Positions 27,621-39,787 are shown, counted from the stretch's first letter. The stretch is 64,000 nt of DNA from an uncultured Gemmatimonadales bacterium (GCA_963777835.1 CAVZRK010000006.1:988010-1052009); one strand, 5' to 3'. The notes: a model not told the origin generated them from the letters alone. Numbers and translations: made by a program.

Positions 27621-27700
27621 CCGAAAAAGGACTGAGGACTGCGGACTGGGGACTGAGAGGGTGCCGCAGTGCAGTCCTCAGTCCTCGGTCCTCAGTCCTC
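27621..27700 (-). terminator. terminator-like hairpin built from inverted GGACTGA heptamers between secY and adk
   Basis: Heptamer units in both orientations pair imperfectly (ACTGCGG/CCGCAGT and GGACTGAGG/CCTCAGTCC). On the transcribed strand the hairpin is followed by CCTTTTTCGG, then the adk RBS. Confidence 0.5.
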
Positions 27701-27701
27701 G

Positions 27702-29040
27702 TCACGCCGCCCACCTCGTCGATCCTAGATGAACCGCTGCTGCCGTGCCCCGGAACTTGACCCGGCCGGACTTCATGAAACCGTCGTACTTGCGGAGCTG
27801 GCGGTGCTGCTCGACCTGCGAGAGCGTGTCGAGCAGGGTGCCGACCACGATCAGGACCGAGGTGCCGCCGAACTGCTGCTGGACGCCGATCCGGGCGCTG
27901 ATGAAGATCGGGACGAGGGCGATCGCGGCCAGGAAGATGGCGCCGGGCAGGGTGATCCGCACCAGGACGTCGTCGATGTAGTCGGCGGTGCTCGCGCCCG
28001 GCTTCACGCCGGGGATGAACCCGCCCTGCTTCTTCAGGTTTTCCGCCACGTCCACCGAGTTGAAGATGATGGAGGTGTAGAAGTAGCTGAACAGCAGCAC
28101 CATGACCGAGAAGACGATGCTGTACGGGAGGCTGCCCGGGTTGAAGAACCCGGCCACGTCGCGGAGCAGCGGGCTCTTGGTGAAGCTCGCCACGGTGCCC
28201 GGCACGATGATGATCGTCTGGGCGAAGATGATCGGCATCACGCTCGGCGGTGAGGAGCCGGATCGGGATGAAGGTCTTCTGCCCCTCGCGGATGCGGCCG
28301 CGGCCCATGACCTTGCGCGGGATCTGGATCGGGATCCGGCGCGCGGCGATGGTCATCATCGTCGTGAGCGCGATGACGCCCACGAGGACGGCCAGGTAGA
28401 AGAGGGCGCCGATCGGCGACACCACGCCGCCCTTGATGAGCGAGGAGAGCTGCAGGATCCCCGGCCAGAGCCGCTCGAGGATCGAGAAGGTGATGAGCAG
28501 GCTCATCCCGTTGCCGATGCCGCGCTCGGTGATCTGCTCGCCGAGCCACATCACGAAGATGGCGCCGACCGTCAGCGTCACCACCATGACGGTGCGCGAC
28601 GCGAAGCCCGGGTTGGCCACCGCGCCGGGGATCGACTCGGTGAAGAGCGTGAAGGTGTAGGCCTGGGCGAACGCGATGAACACGGTCATGTACCGGGTCC
28701 ACTGCGTGAGCGTCTTCCGGCCCTCCTCCTCCTTCTGCATCTTGCCGATGGTCGGCACGACGCCGCCGACCAGCTGGAAGATGATCGAGGCGGAGATGTA
28801 CGGCATGATGCCGAGGGCGAAGACCGTCGCGCGCGACAGCCCGCCGCCCAGCATGTCGTACAGCCCGAAGAACCCGGCGGCGGCCGAGTTCCGGATGAAG
28901 TCGGAGAGGGCCTGGACGTTGACCCCCGGGGCGGCGATGTGCGCGCCGATCCGGTAGAGCAGCAGGGCCAGGGCCGTGAACAGGAGCTTGCGCTTCAGCT
29001 CCGGGTCGAAATTGAACGCCGGGGTGCTCGGAGCAGTCAC
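27702..29040 (-). CDS. secY: preprotein translocase subunit SecY; one frame break near 28244
   Basis: N-terminal 265 aa in ORF 27034..29040 (…GIMPYISASIIFQL…). The remainder is in ORF 27702..28241 (MPIIFAQTIIIVPG…). Removing one base restores the conserved LTAGVMPIIFA. Length is 3n+1. Confidence 0.9.
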
Positions 29041-29511
29041 TTACGCCTCAACGCTGCCGCCGGCCGCCTCGATCTTGGCGCGGGCCGACGCGGACACCGG
29101 AATCCCGCGGACGGTGTAGGCCCGGGCGGCCTCGCCGGTGCCGAGGATCTTGATCGCCTGCTCCGCGTTGCTGATCAGCCCGGCGGCCACCAGCGTCTCG
29201 GGGGTCACGTCGCCCCCCGCCACCGCCGTGAGGCGGGCGAGGTTGATCGGCACCGCGGTGACCTTGAACGGGTTGGTGAAGCCCCGCTTCGGCAGCCGCC
29301 GGTACATCGGCATCTGGCCGCCTTCGAAGCCCGGGTTGGTCGAGCCGCCCGTGCGCGCCTTGTGACCCTTGTGGCCCTTGCCCGACGTCTTGCCGAGGCC
29401 GGAGCCGGGGCCGCGCCCGAGCCGCTTGCGCGACTGGGTGGAGCCGGCCGCCGGCTTCAGGGTCGACAGGGTGACCGACGGGGTCGCCGCTTCCTTCGCC
29501 TTCGCCATCAC
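29041..29511 (-). CDS. rplO: 50S ribosomal protein L15
   Basis: 156 aa, …GRGPGSGLGKTSGKGHKGHKAR…; position between rpmD and secY. Confidence 0.95.
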   Translation of the reverse strand: MMAKAKEAATPSVTLSTLKPAAGSTQSRKRLGRGPGSGLGKTSGKGHKGHKARTGGSTNPGFEGGQMPMYRRLPKRGFTNPFKVTAVPINLARLTAVAGGDVTPETLVAAGLISNAEQAIKILGTGEAARAYTVRGIPVSASARAKIEAAGGSVEA

Positions 29512-29768
29512 GCCTCCTGCGCCGGCGTCACCTCGACGAGGTGACGCACCTTGAAGAGCATCCCGCGGACCGACGCCGAGTTCACGAGCTCGACGGTCTG
29601 CTGGTGATGCCGAAGTCCGAGCGACGCGAGGGTCCGCCGCATGGTGTCCGCGTGGCCGATGCCCGAGCGGATCTGCTTGACCGAGAGGCGCTTGGCCTTC
29701 TTTTCGTCCGGAATGGTGGCCGCGTGGTGCTTCGGCCCCTGCCGCCCGACGACCGGGTTGCGTCCCAT
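29508..29768 (-). CDS. rpmD: 50S ribosomal protein L30 (with ~25-aa N-terminal extension)
   Basis: Core LSVKQIRSGIGHADTMRRTLASLGLRHHQQTVEL; spc operon position. Confidence 0.9.
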   Translation of the reverse strand: MGRNPVVGRQGPKHHAATIPDEKKAKRLSVKQIRSGIGHADTMRRTLASLGLRHHQQTVELVNSASVRGMLFKVRHLVEVTPAQEA

Positions 29769-29771
29769 GGC

Positions 29772-30401
29772 TCAGCCCTCCTGACGCGGCTTGTAGGCCA
29801 GGTCGCTGACCTCGATGCCCCGCTCGCGCGCCACCTGGCGGACCGACACGAGGCGCGAGAGCGCGTCCATCGTGGCGCCGACCATGTTGTGCGGATTCGG
29901 GGAGCCGAGGCTCTTGGTGAGGATGTCGGTGATGCCGGCGCAGCCGAGCACGGCCCGGATCGGGCCGCCGGCGATGACGCCGGTACCGGTGGCGGCGGGC
30001 TTCAGCAGCACGCGGCCGGCGCCGTGTTCCCCGATGATCTCGTGGGGAATCGTCGCGCCCGTCCGGGGCACCTCGATCATGTTCCGCTTGGCGGCGTCGA
30101 CGGCCTTGCGGACCGCCTCCGACACCTCGTTCGCCTTGCCGGTCGCCACGCCCACCTTGCCCTTGCCGTCGCCGACGGCCACGAGGGCGTTGAACGAGAA
30201 CCGCCGGCCGCCCTTGACCACCTTGGCCACGCGGTTGATGGCGATCACGTTCTCGACGTGGTCGCTGCTCCGGTCACGGTCCCGGTCGCGGCGGGGGCCC
30301 CGGTCGCGGTCGTTGCGCCCGCCGCGGCCGCGCCGCTGCTGGCCCTGCTCGGACGGCGCCTCGGTGGTGGTGCCGGGTGCCGCTGCCTGTTCGTCAGCCA
30401 T
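29772..30401 (-). CDS. rpsE: 30S ribosomal protein S5 (Arg/Asp-rich N-terminal extension)
   Basis: Start trimmed to ATG 30401 ([10 protein letters not shown]...). Core [28 protein letters not shown]. Confidence 0.95.
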   Translation of the reverse strand: MADEQAAAPGTTTEAPSEQGQQRRGRGGRNDRDRGPRRDRDRDRSSDHVENVIAINRVAKVVKGGRRFSFNALVAVGDGKGKVGVATGKANEVSEAVRKAVDAAKRNMIEVPRTGATIPHEIIGEHGAGRVLLKPAATGTGVIAGGPIRAVLGCAGITDILTKSLGSPNPHNMVGATMDALSRLVSVRQVARERGIEVSDLAYKPRQEG

Positions 30402-30402
30402 G

Positions 30403-30776
30403 CTAGAACTCCAGTCCGCCGGCGCGCGCGCCGTCGGCGACCGCCTGCACGCGGCCATGGTATCGGTAACCTGCCCGGTCGAACACCACCGAGGAGAAGC
30501 CGGCGGCCTTCGCCTTCTCCGCCAGCGAGCTTCCCGACCGCCTTGGCGCGGGCCACCTTGCCGGTGCCCTCGATGGCGATCCCCTCGCTGGTGTCGCGTC
30601 ACGCCGAGGATCGTCACGCCGAGGTCGTCGTTGACCAGCTGGGCGGAGATGTGCTTCAGCGACCGGAAGACCACCAGCCGCGGGCGCTCGAGGGTGCCGG
30701 CGACCTTCTGCCGGACCCGGAGGTGGCGGCGGTAGCGCTGTTCCCGGCGCGTCTTGGGTGCGTGAATCGCGCGCAT
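30403..30776 (-). CDS. rplR: 50S ribosomal protein L18; two frame breaks (~30520 and ~30595-30605)
   Basis: [25 protein letters not shown]…[18 protein letters not shown], then [26 protein letters not shown], then [38 protein letters not shown], in three frames. Length is 3n+2. Confidence 0.85.
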
Positions 30777-30778
30777 GA

Positions 30779-31318
30779 CTACTTCGCTCCTGTCTTGCCG
30801 GCCTTGCGCCGGACCTGCTCGCCCTGGTAACGGATGCCCTTGCCCTTGTAGGGCTCGGGCGGCCGGACGGACCGGATCTCGGCGGCGACCTGCCCGACGA
30901 GTTCCTTGCTCGCGCCCTGGATCCGCACCACCGTGTTGTTCTCGACCGTGATCTTGATCCCCTCGGGCGCCTTGAACGGCACCTGGTGGGAGAGACCGAC
31001 GATGAGGTTGATGCCGTAGGGCTTGGTCTCGGCCTTGTAGCCGACGCCCTGCAGCTCCAGCACCTTCTGGTACCCGTTCGTGACGCCCTCGACCATGTTG
31101 GCCACGAGGGTGCGGGTCAGGCCGTGGAGCGCCTTGTGCCGCTTCTCGTCGCTGGGCCGGGACACCGACACCTGGCCGTCCGCGAAGGCCACCGCCATCT
31201 CGGGGTGCAGGCTCCGGGCGAGCTCGCCCTTGGGGCCCTTGACCGCGATATGGCTGCCCTTGAGGGCCACCGTGACGCCGGCCGGCACCGCCACCGGCTT
31301 CTTGCCGATACGGGACAT
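30779..31318 (-). CDS. rplF: 50S ribosomal protein L6
   Basis: Start trimmed to ATG 31318 ([17 protein letters not shown]...), 179 aa. Confidence 0.95.
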   Translation of the reverse strand: MSRIGKKPVAVPAGVTVALKGSHIAVKGPKGELARSLHPEMAVAFADGQVSVSRPSDEKRHKALHGLTRTLVANMVEGVTNGYQKVLELQGVGYKAETKPYGINLIVGLSHQVPFKAPEGIKITVENNTVVRIQGASKELVGQVAAEIRSVRPPEPYKGKGIRYQGEQVRRKAGKTGAK

Positions 31319-31326
31319 GGCGCCTC

Positions 31327-31722
31327 CTACCAGACGACGGCGAGGAGCTCGCCGCCGAGGTTGGCGGTGCGCGCCTCCCGGTCCGTCATCAGCCCCTTGG
31401 GGGTCGAGACGATGGCCATGCCGAGGCCGTTCTTGACCCGGGGCAGGTCGCGGCACTTGACGTAGTGCCGGAGGCCCGGGGTCGAGACGCGCCGGAGTTC
31501 CCGGATGACCGGAAGCTCGTTGTGGTACTTGAGGTACAGCCGCAGCACGCCGCGACCGCCATCCTCGAGCACCTTGCACTCGGCGATGTAGTGATTTTCG
31601 AGAAGCAGGCGCGCCAGCTCGACCTTGAGCTTGGACGCCGGCACGTCGACTCGCCGGTGGCCCGCGGAGCAGGCGTTCCGGATGCGAGTCAGCATATCCG
31701 CGACGGGATCTGTCATGCTCAT
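31327..31722 (-). CDS. rpsH: 30S ribosomal protein S8
   Basis: 131 aa, [17 protein letters not shown].... Confidence 0.95.
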   Translation of the reverse strand: MSMTDPVADMLTRIRNACSAGHRRVDVPASKLKVELARLLLENHYIAECKVLEDGGRGVLRLYLKYHNELPVIRELRRVSTPGLRHYVKCRDLPRVKNGLGMAIVSTPKGLMTDREARTANLGGELLAVVW

Positions 31723-31737
31723 GTTACGTGCGTCCCC

Positions 31738-31923
31738 TTACCAACTGGCCTTGCGCACGCCGGGGATTTCTCCCTTGAGCGCGAGCTCTCGAAAGCAGAT
31801 TCGGCAGAGGCCGAACTTGCGCAGGACTGCCCGTGACCGCCCGCACCGCTGACAGCGGCGGACGGCGCGCACCTTGAACTTGGGCGTGCGCTTGGCTCGT
31901 TCAATCCAACTGGTCTTTGCCAT
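31738..31923 (-). CDS. rpsN: 30S ribosomal protein S14, Zn-binding type Z (61 aa)
   Basis: Start trimmed to ATG 31923 ([46 protein letters not shown]...). CxxC...CxxC motif present. Confidence 0.9.
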   Translation of the reverse strand: MAKTSWIERAKRTPKFKVRAVRRCQRCGRSRAVLRKFGLCRICFRELALKGEIPGVRKASW

Positions 31924-31960
31924 CGTCTCTCCTGGTGGCGCCCCGCGGGGCGCCGGGTTT

Positions 31961-32629
31961 TCACGCCATCGGGACCGGCGTCTCTCCGCGGAACGGCCAG
32001 CCGAGCTCGCGAAGAAGCGCCATCGCCAGGTCATCCCGCCCGGCGTTCGTCACCACCGTGATGTCCATCCCGTGGATCTTCTCGACCTTGTCGTAGTCGA
32101 TCTCGGGGAAGATCAGCTGCTCCTTGATGCCGGTCGTGTAGTTGCCCCGGCCGTCGAAGCTCTTGTTCGCCAGCCCGCGGAAGTCCCGGACGCGCGGCAC
32201 CGCGATCGTGATGAAGCGGTCGAGGAACTCGTACATCCGCGCCCCGCGGAGGGTCACCGAGGCGCCGACCGGCACGCCGGCCCGGAGGCCGAAGTTGGCG
32301 ATCGACTTCTTGGCGCGGGTGACGACCGGCTTCTGGCCGGTGATCTGCCCCAGCTCCACCACCACCGCGTCGAGCAGCTTCGGCGTCTTGCTCGCCTCGC
32401 CCATGCCCACGTTCAGCACGACCTTCACGATGCGCGGGACCTGCATCGGGTTCGTGATGCCGAACTGCTTGGCCAGCCGGGCCCGGACCACCGTCTCGTA
32501 GTAGGTCTGGAGCCGGGGCGTGCCCTCGGCCGCCTTCGGCGCCGCGTCGGTCGCCCCGGGGGCGGCCTTGTCCTTGCCGGCCTTGGGCGTGCCGCCGGTC
32601 TTCGGGGCCTTCTCCTTCGTGGTCGCCAT
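31961..32629 (-). CDS. rplE: 50S ribosomal protein L5 (Lys/Ala/Pro-rich N-terminal extension)
   Basis: 222 aa with core [19 protein letters not shown]…NVGMGEA…. Confidence 0.95.
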   Translation of the reverse strand: MATTKEKAPKTGGTPKAGKDKAAPGATDAAPKAAEGTPRLQTYYETVVRARLAKQFGITNPMQVPRIVKVVLNVGMGEASKTPKLLDAVVVELGQITGQKPVVTRAKKSIANFGLRAGVPVGASVTLRGARMYEFLDRFITIAVPRVRDFRGLANKSFDGRGNYTTGIKEQLIFPEIDYDKVEKIHGMDITVVTNAGRDDLAMALLRELGWPFRGETPVPMA

Positions 32630-32630
32630 C

Positions 32631-33012
32631 TTACCTGCTCCTCGGAATCGGCTGCCCGGACTTCACGGCGATGCGCTCGACCGTCCCGTCGGCGTCCCGC
32701 CGCCGGCGCACCCGCGTCGGCTCGCCGCTCTTCGGGTCGATCAGCATGGTCTTCGAGTGGTGGATCGGCGCCGGGAACTCGATGATCCCGCCCTCGGCGG
32801 TCTGCGTGGCGCGGCGGTGCCGCTTCACGACGTTCACGCCCGTCGATGGTCACGCGGCCGGTCTTCGGGTACACGCGGAGCACCTTCCCCCGCTTGCCCT
32901 TGTCGTCGCCCGAGATGACCTGGACGGTGTCGCCCTTGGTGATCGGGAGCGAGAGCCGGACCACCGGCTTCTGGCGGACGCGCTTGGCCTTCTTGTGCAC
33001 GAGCGGCTTCAT
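32631..33012 (-). CDS. rplX: 50S ribosomal protein L24; one frame break near 32840
   Basis: [58 protein letters not shown] is followed in another frame by [29 protein letters not shown].... A GGG run where GG would restore the frame. Length is 3n+1. Confidence 0.85.
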
Positions 33013-33013
33013 G

Positions 33014-33382
33014 TTACAGGACCTCCGGCGCCAGCGAGACGATCTTCATGTAGCGCTTCTCGCGGAGCTCGCGCGCCACGGGGCCGAAGATGCGGGTCGC
33101 GCGGGGCTCGCCCTTGTCGTCGATCAGGACCGCGGCGTTCTCGTCGAACCGGATGTAGGAGCCGTCCTTGCGGCGGGTCTCCTTCACGGTGCGCACGATG
33201 ACCGCCTTGGCCACGTCGCCCTTCTTCACCTGGCCCGTCGGGATGGCGTCCTTGATGGCCACCACCACGGTGTCGCCGAGGCCCGCGTAGCGGCGCCGGC
33301 TCCCGCCGAGGACGCGGATCACCAGCGCCTTGCGGGCGCCGGAGTTGTCCGCGATTCTGAGAATGCTCTCTTGCTGAACCAT
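33014..33382 (-). CDS. rplN: 50S ribosomal protein L14
   Basis: 122 aa, [19 protein letters not shown].... Confidence 0.95.
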   Translation of the reverse strand: MVQQESILRIADNSGARKALVIRVLGGSRRRYAGLGDTVVVAIKDAIPTGQVKKGDVAKAVIVRTVKETRRKDGSYIRFDENAAVLIDDKGEPRATRIFGPVARELREKRYMKIVSLAPEVL

Positions 33383-33401
33383 GTCTTCCTCGTTCCCTGG
33401 G

Positions 33402-33671
33402 CTACTTGGCCCGCTTGACGATCTCGGTCACGCGCCAGTTCACGGTCTTCGCGAGCGGGCGGGTCTCCATCAGGCGGACGGTGTCCCCCACCTTCGCGCC
33501 GTGCTCGTCCCGCGCCTTCACCGTGATGGTCCGGGTCATCATCTTGCCGTAGGTCGCGTGCGCGAACCGCCGGGTCAGCGTGACCGTGACCGTCTTCTGC
33601 ATCTTGTCGCTCTTGACGACCCCGGTGCGGGTCTTCCGCTGCGCGCGGGTCGTCGTGGTCGCTTCTGCCAT
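33402..33671 (-). CDS. rpsQ: 30S ribosomal protein S17
   Basis: 89 aa; …[29 protein letters not shown]…. Confidence 0.95.
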   Translation of the reverse strand: MAEATTTTRAQRKTRTGVVKSDKMQKTVTVTLTRRFAHATYGKMMTRTITVKARDEHGAKVGDTVRLMETRPLAKTVNWRVTEIVKRAK

Positions 33672-33680
33672 GGTGTGCCC

Positions 33681-33875
33681 TTACGAGGTGGTCGCGCGCG
33701 AGCGCAGGACCGTCAGGATCCGCGCGATGTCCCGGCGCAACGTCCGGAACCGCATCGGGTTGTCAATCGACTCACTCGCCGACCGGAAGCGCAGCCGGAA
33801 CCGCTCTTCCTTCAGCTCCGCGAGCTTCGCCTTCAGCTCGTCGTCGGACAGGTCCCGCAGTTCAGTCACGTTCAT
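33681..33875 (-). CDS. rpmC: 50S ribosomal protein L29
   Basis: 64 aa; MNVTELRDLSDDELKAKLAELKEERFRLRF.... Confidence 0.9.
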   Translation of the reverse strand: MNVTELRDLSDDELKAKLAELKEERFRLRFRSASESIDNPMRFRTLRRDIARILTVLRSRATTS

Positions 33876-33878
33876 CGC

Positions 33879-34292
33879 TCAGATCTCCTCGCGCTTGACG
33901 AAGCGCGTCCGCACCGGCAGCTTCGCCTGCGCCAGGGCCAGCGCCTTGCGCGCCAGCTCCTCCGTGACGCCCTCGACCTCGAACAGCACCCGCCCCGGCC
34001 GCACCACGGCCACCCAGCCCTCGGGGTTGCCCTTGCCCTTGCCCATGCGGGTCTCGGCGGGCTTCTTCGTGATCGGCTTGTCCGGGAAGATCCGGATCCA
34101 CACCTTGCCGCCGCGCTTCATCTCGCGGGTCATGGCCACGCGGGCCGCCTCGATCTGGCGGTTCGTGATCCAGCCCGGATCGAGCGTCTTGATGGCGAAC
34201 TCGCCGAACGACACCGCGATGCCGCGCGAGGCGATGCCCTTGGTCCGGCCCTTGAACGTCTTGCGGAACTTGACCCGCTTCGGTGCCAGCAT
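33879..34292 (-). CDS. rplP: 50S ribosomal protein L16
   Basis: 137 aa; [19 protein letters not shown].... Confidence 0.95.
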   Translation of the reverse strand: MLAPKRVKFRKTFKGRTKGIASRGIAVSFGEFAIKTLDPGWITNRQIEAARVAMTREMKRGGKVWIRIFPDKPITKKPAETRMGKGKGNPEGWVAVVRPGRVLFEVEGVTEELARKALALAQAKLPVRTRFVKREEI

Positions 34293-34297
34293 GGTCC

Positions 34298-34957
34298 TCA
34301 GGCCCCCGTGCTGTAGGTGCGGCCGGTCAGTTCCTCGACCACCTCACCCTTGAAGATCCAGACCTTGATCCCGATCGTGCCGTACGTCGTCTTGGCCGTC
34401 GAGGTCGCGTAGTCGATGTCCGCCCGCAGCGTGTGGAGCGGCACCCGGCCCTCGCGGTACCCCTCGGTCCGCGCGATCTCCGACCCGCCGAGCCGCCCCG
34501 ACACCCGCACGCGGATGCCCTGGGCGCCCATGCGCATGGCGCTCTGCACCGCGCGCTTCATGGCGCGGCGGAAGCTGATCCGCTGCACCAGCTGGTGCGC
34601 GATGTTGTCGGCCACGAGCTGCGACGCCACCTCGGGCCGCTTGATCTCCTCGACGTTGATCGCGGCTTCCTTGCCGGTCAGCTGGGCCAGCTCGTCGCGC
34701 AGCTTGTCCACTTCCGCGCCGCGCTTGCCGATGACCACGCCCGGCCGCCCGGTGTGCACCGTGACGGTCACCTTGCCCGGCTTGCGCTCGATGTGGATGT
34801 CGGCGATGGCCGCATGCCCGAGGCGCGCCTTGAGGTACTTCCGGATCAGCTCGTCTTCCTTGAGCAGCGCCGGCATGTCCTTGGTGGCGAACCAGCGGGA
34901 CCGCCACGGCTGCACGATGCCGAGCCGGAAACCGATCGGATGGGTCTTCTGCCCCAT
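34298..34957 (-). CDS. rpsC: 30S ribosomal protein S3
   Basis: 219 aa; [24 protein letters not shown].... Confidence 0.95.
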   Translation of the reverse strand: MGQKTHPIGFRLGIVQPWRSRWFATKDMPALLKEDELIRKYLKARLGHAAIADIHIERKPGKVTVTVHTGRPGVVIGKRGAEVDKLRDELAQLTGKEAAINVEEIKRPEVASQLVADNIAHQLVQRISFRRAMKRAVQSAMRMGAQGIRVRVSGRLGGSEIARTEGYREGRVPLHTLRADIDYATSTAKTTYGTIGIKVWIFKGEVVEELTGRTYSTGA

Positions 34958-35313
34958 TAGTTGCTCCCCTTCGTCGCCACGTGAATGGTCACGTGGCTCG
35001 TCCGCTTGCGGATCGGGGTGGCGCGGCCCTGTGCCGCGGCCGTGAACCGCTTGAGCGGCTGCCCCATGTCCACCATCGCCTTCGACACGTAGAGCGCGTC
35101 CACGTCGAACGCCTCGTTGTCCCGCAAGGCGCTCTGCTCGGCGTTCGAGACCGCCGACTTCAGCGTCTTCTCGATCTGCCGGGCCGCGAGCTTCTTGTTG
35201 AACTTGAGGATCGCGTACGCCTCGTTGACGTCCTTGCCGCGGATCAGGTCCGCGACGAGACGCATCTTCTGGGGCGACTGGCGCACCAGTCGCTGAATCG
35301 CTGTGCCTGGCAT
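34957..35313 (-). CDS. rplV: 50S ribosomal protein L22
   Basis: Start trimmed to ATG 35313 ([27 protein letters not shown]...), 118 aa. Confidence 0.95.
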   Translation of the reverse strand: MPGTAIQRLVRQSPQKMRLVADLIRGKDVNEAYAILKFNKKLAARQIEKTLKSAVSNAEQSALRDNEAFDVDALYVSKAMVDMGQPLKRFTAAAQGRATPIRKRTSHVTIHVATKGSN

Positions 35314-35315
35314 CG

Positions 35316-35606
35316 TCACTCCGGCTTGGCCTTCTTGTCCGCCACGATCTTGCCGCTGTGGCCGCGGAACAGCCGCGTGGGCGAGAACTCGCCCAGCTTG
35401 TGTCCCACCATGTTTTCCGTCACGTACACCGGCACGAACTTGTTGCCGTTGTGGACGGCGAAGGTGTGCCCCACGAACTCGGGCAGGATGGTGCTCGCCC
35501 GGCTCCAGGTCTTCACGACCTTCTTCTCGTTCTTCTGGTTCAGGGCCTCGACCTTCAGGAGCAGTGCGTCCTGGACGAACGGGCCCTTCTTGATGCTGCG
35601 TGCCAT
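35316..35606 (-). CDS. rpsS: 30S ribosomal protein S19
   Basis: 96 aa; [19 protein letters not shown]…GHTFAVHNG…. Confidence 0.95.
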   Translation of the reverse strand: MARSIKKGPFVQDALLLKVEALNQKNEKKVVKTWSRASTILPEFVGHTFAVHNGNKFVPVYVTENMVGHKLGEFSPTRLFRGHSGKIVADKKAKPE

Positions 35607-35624
35607 GTCGTGATCCCCAGTGGC

Positions 35625-36464
35625 CTACTTCGTGGCCTTGCCGCGGCGACGGCCGCGAACGATGTGCTTCGTGGACGCCTTCTTCATGTGGCGCGTCTTC
35701 TTGCCTTCCGCCTTGCCCCACGGCGAGACCGGCGGACGGCCGCCCGACGACTTGCCCTCGCCGCCGCCCAGCGGGTGGTCGACCGGGTTCATCGCGACGC
35801 CGCGCACGCTCGGCTTGATGCCCAGCCAGCGGCTCTTGCCCGCCTTGCCGACCGACAGGAGCTCGTGCTCCGCGTTGCCCACCTCGCCGATCGTGGCCAG
35901 GCACCGCCCGTGGATCCGGCGGACCTCGGTGGACTTCATCCGCAGCGTCACGTACTCGCCTTCCTTGGCCACCACCTGGCAGCCCGCGCCGGCCGAGCGC
36001 GCCATCTGGCCGCCCTTGCCGATCTTGAGCTCCACGTTGTGCACCATCGTGCCGAGCGGGATCTCCGACAGCGGCACCGCGTTGCCCAGCCGGATGTCCG
36101 CGCCCGGGCCCGACATGACCGTGTCGCCCTGCTTCAGGCCGGCCGGGTGCAGGATGTAGCGCTTCTCGCCGTCGGCGTACACCAGCAGCGCCAGGCGCGC
36201 GGTGCGGTTCGGGTCGTACTCGATTTCCGACACCTTGGCCGGGATCCCGAACTTGTTGCGCTTGAAGTCGATCTTCCGGTACTGGCGCTTGTGCCCGCCG
36301 CCCCGGTGCCGCGACGTCAGGTGCCCCTGGTTGTTGCGGCCGCCGCTCTTGGTGAGCGGCTCCAGCAGGGACTTCTCCGGCGTGCCGCGCGTGATCTCGT
36401 CGAACCCGGAGACCGACCGGAACCGCGTGCCGGCCGTCATGGGTCGGAACTGTCGAATCGTCAT
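35625..36464 (-). CDS. rplB: 50S ribosomal protein L2
   Basis: 279 aa; …[22 protein letters not shown]…; …[18 protein letters not shown]…. Confidence 0.95.
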   Translation of the reverse strand: MTIRQFRPMTAGTRFRSVSGFDEITRGTPEKSLLEPLTKSGGRNNQGHLTSRHRGGGHKRQYRKIDFKRNKFGIPAKVSEIEYDPNRTARLALLVYADGEKRYILHPAGLKQGDTVMSGPGADIRLGNAVPLSEIPLGTMVHNVELKIGKGGQMARSAGAGCQVVAKEGEYVTLRMKSTEVRRIHGRCLATIGEVGNAEHELLSVGKAGKSRWLGIKPSVRGVAMNPVDHPLGGGEGKSSGGRPPVSPWGKAEGKKTRHMKKASTKHIVRGRRRGKATK

Positions 36465-36468
36465 TGGC

Positions 36469-36756
36469 TCAGCCCTCGAATACCGGAAGCGTCTCGCCGT
36501 CCTTGAGGACGACGATGGCCTTCTTCCACCGGGCGGTCGTGCCCCGCGTCCGGCCCCGGGTCACCTCGTGCCGGCGCATCTGCATCGTGCGCACGTCGGT
36601 GGCGGTGACGCCGAACAGCTTCAGCAGCGCGTCCCGGATCTGGAACTTGTTCGCGTCGGGATGCACCTGGAACGCGTACTCCTTGCGCGCCTGGTACGCC
36701 GCCGAGCTCTTCTCGGTGATCAGCGGCTTGACGATCACTTCGTGCAGGGCGGGCAT
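36469..36756 (-). CDS. rplW: 50S ribosomal protein L23
   Basis: 95 aa; S10-operon position between rplD and rplB. Confidence 0.9.
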   Translation of the reverse strand: MPALHEVIVKPLITEKSSAAYQARKEYAFQVHPDANKFQIRDALLKLFGVTATDVRTMQMRRHEVTRGRTRGTTARWKKAIVVLKDGETLPVFEG

Positions 36757-37560
36757 TTACTCGCTGCCTTTCTTCTTCGGGGCGGCCTTGGTCGACCGGC
36801 GCGCGCCCGCCTTCGGAGCCTTCACCTTGGGCGCCTTCGCCTTCGGCGCCGCCTTCTTCTTGACCGCGGCCGGCTTGGCCTTCACGGCCTTCGGCTTGGC
36901 GGCCTTGACCCGCTTCGGCGCGACGGCCTCGGCCGACTCGGCCGTAGCCTCGCCGCCCAGCGCGCCCTGCTCCACCACCAGCGCGTCCGCCCACAGGATG
37001 TCGTAGGCCGACGCCTCGGCGTACGGCAGCACCCCCGCCCGCGGCAGGTTCCGCGCGCTCAGGTACGCCGCCGAGTTGATGCCGTGGGTCAGCACGAGGA
37101 CCTTCCGGCCCTCGAAGCCCAGCTTGTCGAGCAGCGCCGTCATCTGGCTGGTCTTCGGCGCGGCGAAGTCGAGCCGCTCGACCACCGTCAGGAGCCCATC
37201 CGCCGCGCGTGCGTTGAGCGCCGACTTGCGCGCCAGCTGCCGCATCTTCTTGGGGATGCCGGTGCGCCAGTCGCGCGGGGTCGGGGCGAAGGCCACGCCG
37301 CCGCCGCGCCAGTGCGGCGCACGCGTGGTGCCCTGCCGCGCCCGGCCGGTGCCCTTCTGCTTCCAGGGCTTCTGGTTGCCGCCCGACACTTCCGCCCGGG
37401 TCTTGGCCTTCTGGGTGCCCTGGCGCTGGTTGTTCAGGAACACCTTCACGGCCTCGTGCAGCACGCCCTGGTTCACGGTGCCGTCAAAGGTCGCGACCGG
37501 CAGGGCAAACGGCGTCTTCAGCTTGGCGCCTGCCGACGAGAAAAGAGGAGCCTCAATCAT
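36757..37560 (-). CDS. rplD: 50S ribosomal protein L4 (with ~65-aa Lys/Ala/Pro-rich C-terminal tail)
   Basis: 267 aa with core …[30 protein letters not shown]… and tail …[32 protein letters not shown]…. Confidence 0.95.
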   Translation of the reverse strand: MIEAPLFSSAGAKLKTPFALPVATFDGTVNQGVLHEAVKVFLNNQRQGTQKAKTRAEVSGGNQKPWKQKGTGRARQGTTRAPHWRGGGVAFAPTPRDWRTGIPKKMRQLARKSALNARAADGLLTVVERLDFAAPKTSQMTALLDKLGFEGRKVLVLTHGINSAAYLSARNLPRAGVLPYAEASAYDILWADALVVEQGALGGEATAESAEAVAPKRVKAAKPKAVKAKPAAVKKKAAPKAKAPKVKAPKAGARRSTKAAPKKKGSE

Positions 37561-38179
37561 GGCGGCTCTTGCCTCCCTGCTTGGAAACGGTCACGATGCC
37601 GTTCTTCGACCCGGGGATGGCCCCGCGCACGAAGAGAAGGTTCCGTTCGGCATCCACCTGCACGACCGTGAGGCCGAGCTCAGTGTGTCGTGCCGCGCCA
37701 TGATGGCCCGGCATCTTCTTGCCCTTGATGACGCGGGACGGATTGGTGCCCGGCCCGATCGAGCCCGGCTTCCGGTGCCGCGTGTTGCCGTGAGTGGCCG
37801 GGCCGCCGCCGAAGCCGTGGCGCTTGACCACGCCCTGGAAGCCCTTGCCCTTGCTCGTGCCGGTCACCTTGACCCGCTCGCCCGCCGCGAAGATCTCGAC
37901 CGTCACGGTCGAGCCCGCCGCCGGCGCCGTGTCGCCCGCCACGTCGAATTCCCGGATGACCCGGGGCGCCGCCTCGAGGCCCGCCGCCTTCGCGTGGCCG
38001 AGGTCCGCCTTGTTCGCGCGCTTGGCCTTCTGCGCGCCGAAACCGAGCTGGACGGTGCCCGTCTTCACCTGCACCACCTGGCAGGGCCCCGCCTCGATGA
38101 CGGTCACCGGCGTCGCGGTGCCGTCCTCGGCGAAGACCCTCGTCATGCCGAGCTTCCGGCCAATGAGTCCGTTCGTCAT
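37553..38179 (-). CDS. rplC: 50S ribosomal protein L3
   Basis: 208 aa; [20 protein letters not shown].... Confidence 0.95.
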   Translation of the reverse strand: MTNGLIGRKLGMTRVFAEDGTATPVTVIEAGPCQVVQVKTGTVQLGFGAQKAKRANKADLGHAKAAGLEAAPRVIREFDVAGDTAPAAGSTVTVEIFAAGERVKVTGTSKGKGFQGVVKRHGFGGGPATHGNTRHRKPGSIGPGTNPSRVIKGKKMPGHHGAARHTELGLTVVQVDAERNLLFVRGAIPGSKNGIVTVSKQGGKSRHD

Positions 38180-38181
38180 GG

Positions 38182-38493
38182 CTACTGGACCTTGATCTCG
38201 ACGTCCACGCCCGCCGGCAGGTCGAGCTTGGTCAGCGCGTCCACCGTCTGCGGGCGGGAGTCGTTGATGTCGAGCAGGCGCTTGTGGGTCCGGAGCTCGA
38301 ACTGCTCCCGGCTCTTCTTGTCCACGTGCGGGCTGCGCAGCACCGTCCAGCGCTCGATCTTCACCGGGAGCGGGATCGGGCCGGACACCTGGGCCCCGGT
38401 CTTCTCCGCCGTGCGCACGATGTCCGCCGCGGCCTGGTCCAGCACCACGTGGTCGAACGCCTTGAGGCGGATGCGAATTTTCTGAGCCATCAT
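38182..38493 (-). CDS. rpsJ: 30S ribosomal protein S10
   Basis: [15 protein letters not shown]... (start ATG 38493 or 38490). Confidence 0.95.
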   Translation of the reverse strand: MMAQKIRIRLKAFDHVVLDQAAADIVRTAEKTGAQVSGPIPLPVKIERWTVLRSPHVDKKSREQFELRTHKRLLDINDSRPQTVDALTKLDLPAGVDVEIKVQ

Positions 38494-38584
38494 ATTCTCG
38501 TTTCTCGAAGGCGGGGCCGTTGGGCAGGGAGGCCGGGGGGCAGTAACTGCCCCGCCGCCCTGCCTCCCGGCCCAGCCGGACCGT

Positions 38585-39787
<1,203 letters not shown>

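Noticed and set aside
38494-38584. GC-rich palindromic segment between tuf and rpsJ (GGGGCAG-TTA-CTGCCCC within a longer imperfect repeat) as a terminator.
   Set aside because: Only a 7-bp perfect core, and no T-run on the transcribed strand. It may be a processing or pause site, but I cannot support a terminator call.
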